Source of the DNA: Escherichia phage JY01
Length of the DNA stretch: 64,000 nt
Sequence record: OR995200.1
Direction: 5' to 3' (one strand)
Below the pieces are notes generated by a model that worked only from the letters and a program-made list of their open reading frames with translations, ran no database searches and was not told where the DNA came from. The position numbers and the translations under genes are program-made. Shown in pieces: positions 62,696 to 64,000 of this stretch (its first letter is position 1; each line of letters starts with the position of its first letter).

Positions 62696-64000
<1,305 letters not shown>

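Overview
This 64-kb window reads as a contiguous segment of a T-even (T4-like, Tequatrovirus-type) myophage genome, co-linear with the T4 map from gene 44/45 to gene 16. Positions 1-45258 are an early/middle-gene block on the minus strand: clamp loader and clamp (44, 45), rpbA, 46/47 recombination nuclease, alpha-glucosyltransferase, gp55 late sigma factor, nrdH/nrdG/nrdD, endonuclease VII, pin, nrdC, a long run of small accessory ORFs, rI, tk, regB, a GrcA-like glycyl-radical cofactor, denV, lysozyme e, nudE, an 11-tRNA array, 57B/57A, and genes 1, 3, 2, 4. From 45306 the plus strand carries late baseplate and neck genes (53, 5, 5.4, 6-12, wac, 13, 14, 15) and the start of 16. Gene calls rest on translated ORFs that I recognise from T4; nothing was searched against a database. 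The phage is not T4 itself: nrdD is uninterrupted, no homing-endonuclease ORFs were recognised, the tRNA array carries Asn, Tyr and His in addition to the T4 set, and denV, e and the internal-protein genes are arranged differently. I could not establish a clearly novel system from sequence alone. The best candidates for follow-up are accessory and anti-defence loci (Acb1/57B, a macrodomain protein, an AAA-ATPase plus nucleotidyltransferase pair, three internal-protein-like genes, tandem paralogue families) and non-coding structure (a repeated promoter/5'-UTR module, -10 elements inside perfect inverted repeats, a partial duplication at the pin 3' end, a tRNA-like stable-RNA candidate). Coordinates of RNA and regulatory features were read by eye and may be off by 1-2 nt.
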